The position numbers and the translations under genes were made by a program. This document shows positions 61,281 to 64,000 of a DNA stretch of 64,000 nt, piece by piece. The notes below the pieces were generated by a model, which worked only from the letters and a program-made list of their open reading frames with translations, was not told the DNA's origin and did not search any database. Each line of letters opens with the position of its first letter. Within the stretch, counting starts at the first letter, position 1. Origin of the DNA: Deltaproteobacteria bacterium (GTDB lineage Bacteria; JAGRBM01; JAHCIT01); the NCBI GenBank assembly GCA_026129095.1, contig JAHCIT010000008.1, forward strand, positions 7,021 to 71,020, in the 5' to 3' direction.

Positions 61281-64000
61281 TTATTCCCCGGTGGAGGCAA
61301 TTGGTCCGTAAAGCGCCGTACCGGCCCAGGCGAACGGGTGGCCATACGTCCCGTCCAGATCACGGGCCGCGCCGAGGAAGGCAGCAGCCGGCAACTGCCC
61401 CTTCTGCAGTGCCCCATACCCCTGCCGGTAGATCCGGGCGCCCACTGCGCCCCGCCGCCAGCCAGGCAGCACCCACGGATTCCGTGCGCCCCGCATGAGT
61501 GATGGCGCCCGGAGCGCCAGAACCGTAACCGAATCCGGCGGTACGCCACCGTCCATCACGCTTGCCGAGAGGGATGTGCTCTCGATCACGGAAATCCGGT
61601 CCGGCCCGCAGGTAACACCGGCCGGGGAAACCGGCGAAATCCTGAGCCGGTCGGCGCAGTGGAGCCAGCCCCGCGCAGGCCCCCGCGTTTCGATCACGGT
61701 CCGTTCCTGTCCGAAGAAATCGGCGCCGCCCCGGCTGTCGAGATCCAGCCCGAAGCCAGCCCGGACCCGTGACGGGTTCGCCCCGGCCATGCGACTCCGG
61801 TCCGGACGGAACTCCTGACGGACGGCTACCGGTTCCAGTTCCCACAGTGCCCCCAGCGACGACACGGCGAGCCGGGGAGACCAGACACCTCCATCCTGCC
61901 GGCGGGCCCCCAGCAGTGGGGCCGGAAGCTGCTCCAGCAGCCCGTCAGGCACCAGCATCACGGCAGCGCCCGGTGGAAGGGTATCCAGCAGCGTCCGGAT
62001 TTTCCCGGGCAGGAACTTCTCCCGGAAGGAATCCCATACCGGTTCGTAGCGGCCCTGTGAGCGAACTGTCTCGGCAAGGGTTGGAACGGTTCTGGCCAGC
62101 GATCCGGGTTCGAACGTCAGCTCCGAGGCATCCACCCCGCGGCTGTCCAGCGTCCACCAGAGAATGGCTCCCTCTCCATCGAGATCGACCGGAACCAGCA
62201 CCACCGAACCCGGAGCGACTCCGGGCAGCGAAAAGTCCGGACTGTCGCGGAGAAGCGCCAGCGCCGGGTGCGCCCCCGGCGGCATGGCAACCGGGTATCT
62301 GCGCCGGGCACTCACCGCCTCTGCCACCCGGTCATGCCAGGCAGCACCCGGGACACCATCGGGCAGAAGGACCGGCTCCAGCGCGCGACGGGAAAGCCCC
62401 GTTTCCCACATCCGGTCCCGAAGGAGTTTCCGGCGGCCGCGCTCCCAGAACCGGAGGGCCGCGGGAGGATCGCCGGCCGACAGTTCGCGGGCCGCCCGGC
62501 GGAATATGGCGGCCTTGGCCACGGCGAGCCCCGACCGCGCTTCCGTGGCGGGCGAGGACGGAGGTTCCAGAAGCCATGCCTCGGCGGCTGAAACAGCCGG
62601 GAACGGTGCAGCCGTCCGCGCAATGAGGCCGGGATCGCCCAGTTCCCGGGCGGCGGTGTGCAGGGATTCCATGTCTTCTCCGCCAGCATTTTCCAAGCGG
62701 GATGCGCGAAGCCAGCGAAGTTCAAGTTCGGTCCTGCGGTGGCCGCTGGCGGCAGCGGAGGCGACGGCTTCATCCAGAAATTTCCGACCTTCCGCCATGC
62801 GGCCTGAATCCAGCGCAATCAGCGCCAATTGCCTGAGAGCGCCGGAAAGTCCCGCCGGATTTTCCCGTTGCCGGTCGATCCCCGCCGCTTCAGCGAGGTA
62901 AAGCCGTGCCTCATCGTGCTGGCCGAGCACACGAAGCGATGTCCCGAGTGTGACCAGAATGGCAGCCACCCGGCCGGGATCGGCCTCACGGCGCGCATGA
63001 ACGAGCGCCCCTTGCGAAAAACCGACCGAAATCTCCTCGCGGCCCAGTGACCAGTAGAGAAGTGCCGCGAGGTTAAGCAGGTCGGCGGCGGGGCCATCGC
63101 CCGCAGGGGCCGCCAGCGACGCCGGCCTTTCCTTAAGGAGCGGCGCGATAACTTCTATCGCCGAATCCGGCCGCGCCAGCTGCCTCAGGGCCGTCGCCCG
63201 GTAGAGCCGCGCCTGAAACTCCAGCTCCCCCAGCCCGCGCCGCGCCGCCTCGGTGGCGAGTTCTCCCAGCGCGGTTTCGGCAACCTGATACCGCCCGCGG
63301 GCACTTTCCACGAGCGCCAGTGTGAGCCGGTTGCGGAAAACCGCCTGCTCCAGCGCGGCGGTTTCGTCTCCAGGCTGGGGAGAGCCCTGTGCCTGACGCA
63401 GCAGAGACGATGCAATCCGGATGGCCGCCTCCAGGTCGGCCGCCGCACCGTCGTGGTTTTCCGTCTGTTCGTATTGCACGCGGCCGCGGTTGAACAGAAG
63501 TTCGGCACGGCTCGCTGCATCGCCAGCGGCCTCCGCATGAGCGATGGCCGATGTATACCGCTCCACCGCCGCTTTCCCCTGCCCCGCGAGCGCGAGCCCC
63601 CGCCCCCATTCGGATTCGATCACCAGCAACATCTGCCGGTTCGCCCCCGCCGCCCGAATGGCATCCTCGAACCGCTCGAAGGCATCTTCAAACCGGTTGG
63701 CGCGCAGGTAGTCCTGACCCGCGAAGTACAGGGCCTGAGCCGCCTGCACCGTAGCGCCCGCTTCGGCGTAGATCCGCGCGAGCCGGTCCTCGTATGCCGC
63801 CGCCCGCTCCCACTCGCGCATCTGCTTGAGGGCATACACCGCCGCATTCAGCATCTGGACCAGCGTGCGCGGATCGACACCGATCACGTCCATCGTCGTC
63901 ACGGCCCGCTCGGCGGCCAGCGCCGCCTCCGGCCAGCGTTTTCCGGCTGCCCCGGAAGCCGCCCGGTTGGCAAGATCGTTGATGAGCGTCCGGGCAAAGG
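61281..64000 (-). CDS. TPR-repeat protein with C-terminal CHAT-like (caspase-family) domain, 5' end outside window
   Basis: Track ORF 61281..63902, but the frame stays open to base 64000; TPR-like helical repeats N-terminally; C-terminal block GTYGHPFAWAGTALYGP resembles the CHAT C-terminal signature. Confidence 0.75.
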   Translation of the reverse strand, partial: FARTLINDLANRAASGAAGKRWPEAALAAERAVTTMDVIGVDPRTLVQMLNAAVYALKQMREWERAAAYEDRLARIYAEAGATVQAAQALYFAGQDYLRANRFEDAFERFEDAIRAAGANRQMLLVIESEWGRGLALAGQGKAAVERYTSAIAHAEAAGDAASRAELLFNRGRVQYEQTENHDGAAADLEAAIRIASSLLRQAQGSPQPGDETAALEQAVFRNRLTLALVESARGRYQVAETALGELATEAARRGLGELEFQARLYRATALRQLARPDSAIEVIAPLLKERPASLAAPAGDGPAADLLNLAALLYWSLGREEISVGFSQGALVHARREADPGRVAAILVTLGTSLRVLGQHDEARLYLAEAAGIDRQRENPAGLSGALRQLALIALDSGRMAEGRKFLDEAVASAAASGHRRTELELRWLRASRLENAGGEDMESLHTAARELGDPGLIARTAAPFPAVSAAEAWLLEPPSSPATEARSGLAVAKAAIFRRAARELSAGDPPAALRFWERGRRKLLRDRMWETGLSRRALEPVLLPDGVPGAAWHDRVAEAVSARRRYPVAMPPGAHPALALLRDSPDFSLPGVAPGSVVLVPVDLDGEGAILWWTLDSRGVDASELTFEPGSLARTVPTLAETVRSQGRYEPVWDSFREKFLPGKIRTLLDTLPPGAAVMLVPDGLLEQLPAPLLGARRQDGGVWSPRLAVSSLGALWELEPVAVRQEFRPDRSRMAGANPSRVRAGFGLDLDSRGGADFFGQERTVIETRGPARGWLHCADRLRISPVSPAGVTCGPDRISVIESTSLSASVMDGGVPPDSVTVLALRAPSLMRGARNPWVLPGWRRGAVGARIYRQGYGALQKGQLPAAAFLGAARDLDGTYGHPFAWAGTALYGPIASTGE

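Noticed and set aside
1-64000. CRISPR arrays, insertion sequences, transposases, integrases, rRNA genes
   Set aside because: No regularly spaced short direct repeats, no terminal inverted repeats bracketing a transposase-like ORF, and no recombinase motifs were found in any frame; the only stable RNA recognised is tRNA-Pro.

Overview
GC-rich bacterial chromosomal segment with diderm-type gene content (OprP-like porin, ExbB/ExbD, periplasmic TlpA-type oxidoreductase). Bases 1178-20076 hold a complete, tightly packed minus-strand division/cell-wall (dcw) cluster, mraZ-rsmH-ftsL-ftsI-murE-murF-mraY-murD-ftsW-murG-murC-murB-ddl-ftsQ-ftsA-ftsZ, preceded by a three-unit 10-bp direct repeat that fits an MraZ operator. 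The remainder is a mosaic: a glycosylation block (Dpm1-like GT2 translationally coupled to a small membrane protein, a GT4, a second GT2, and a divergent multi-pass membrane protein with C-terminal TPRs); metF with myo-inositol-1-phosphate synthase; tRNA-Pro(CGG); rpe; a seven-gene operon centred on a NodU/CmcH-type carbamoyltransferase with two SGNH hydrolases and two tiny membrane proteins; trigger factor; exbB-exbD-exbD; squalene-synthesis genes hpnCDE; a B12-binding radical-SAM protein; a REC-GAF-HD-GYP protein divergent from a PilB/GspE-type ATPase; gpsA; and a FecR-domain gene downstream of a large TPR-CHAT protein that runs off the window edge. No CRISPR array, transposase, integrase or rRNA was seen. 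The best candidates for an undescribed system are the carbamoyltransferase operon and the glycosylation block. All functional calls come from motif recognition by eye on the supplied translations, not from database searches. The ORF track reports longest frames with ATG/GTG/TTG starts, so several starts were trimmed using neighbouring stops and homology; coordinates read off the sequence may be off by 1-2 nt.
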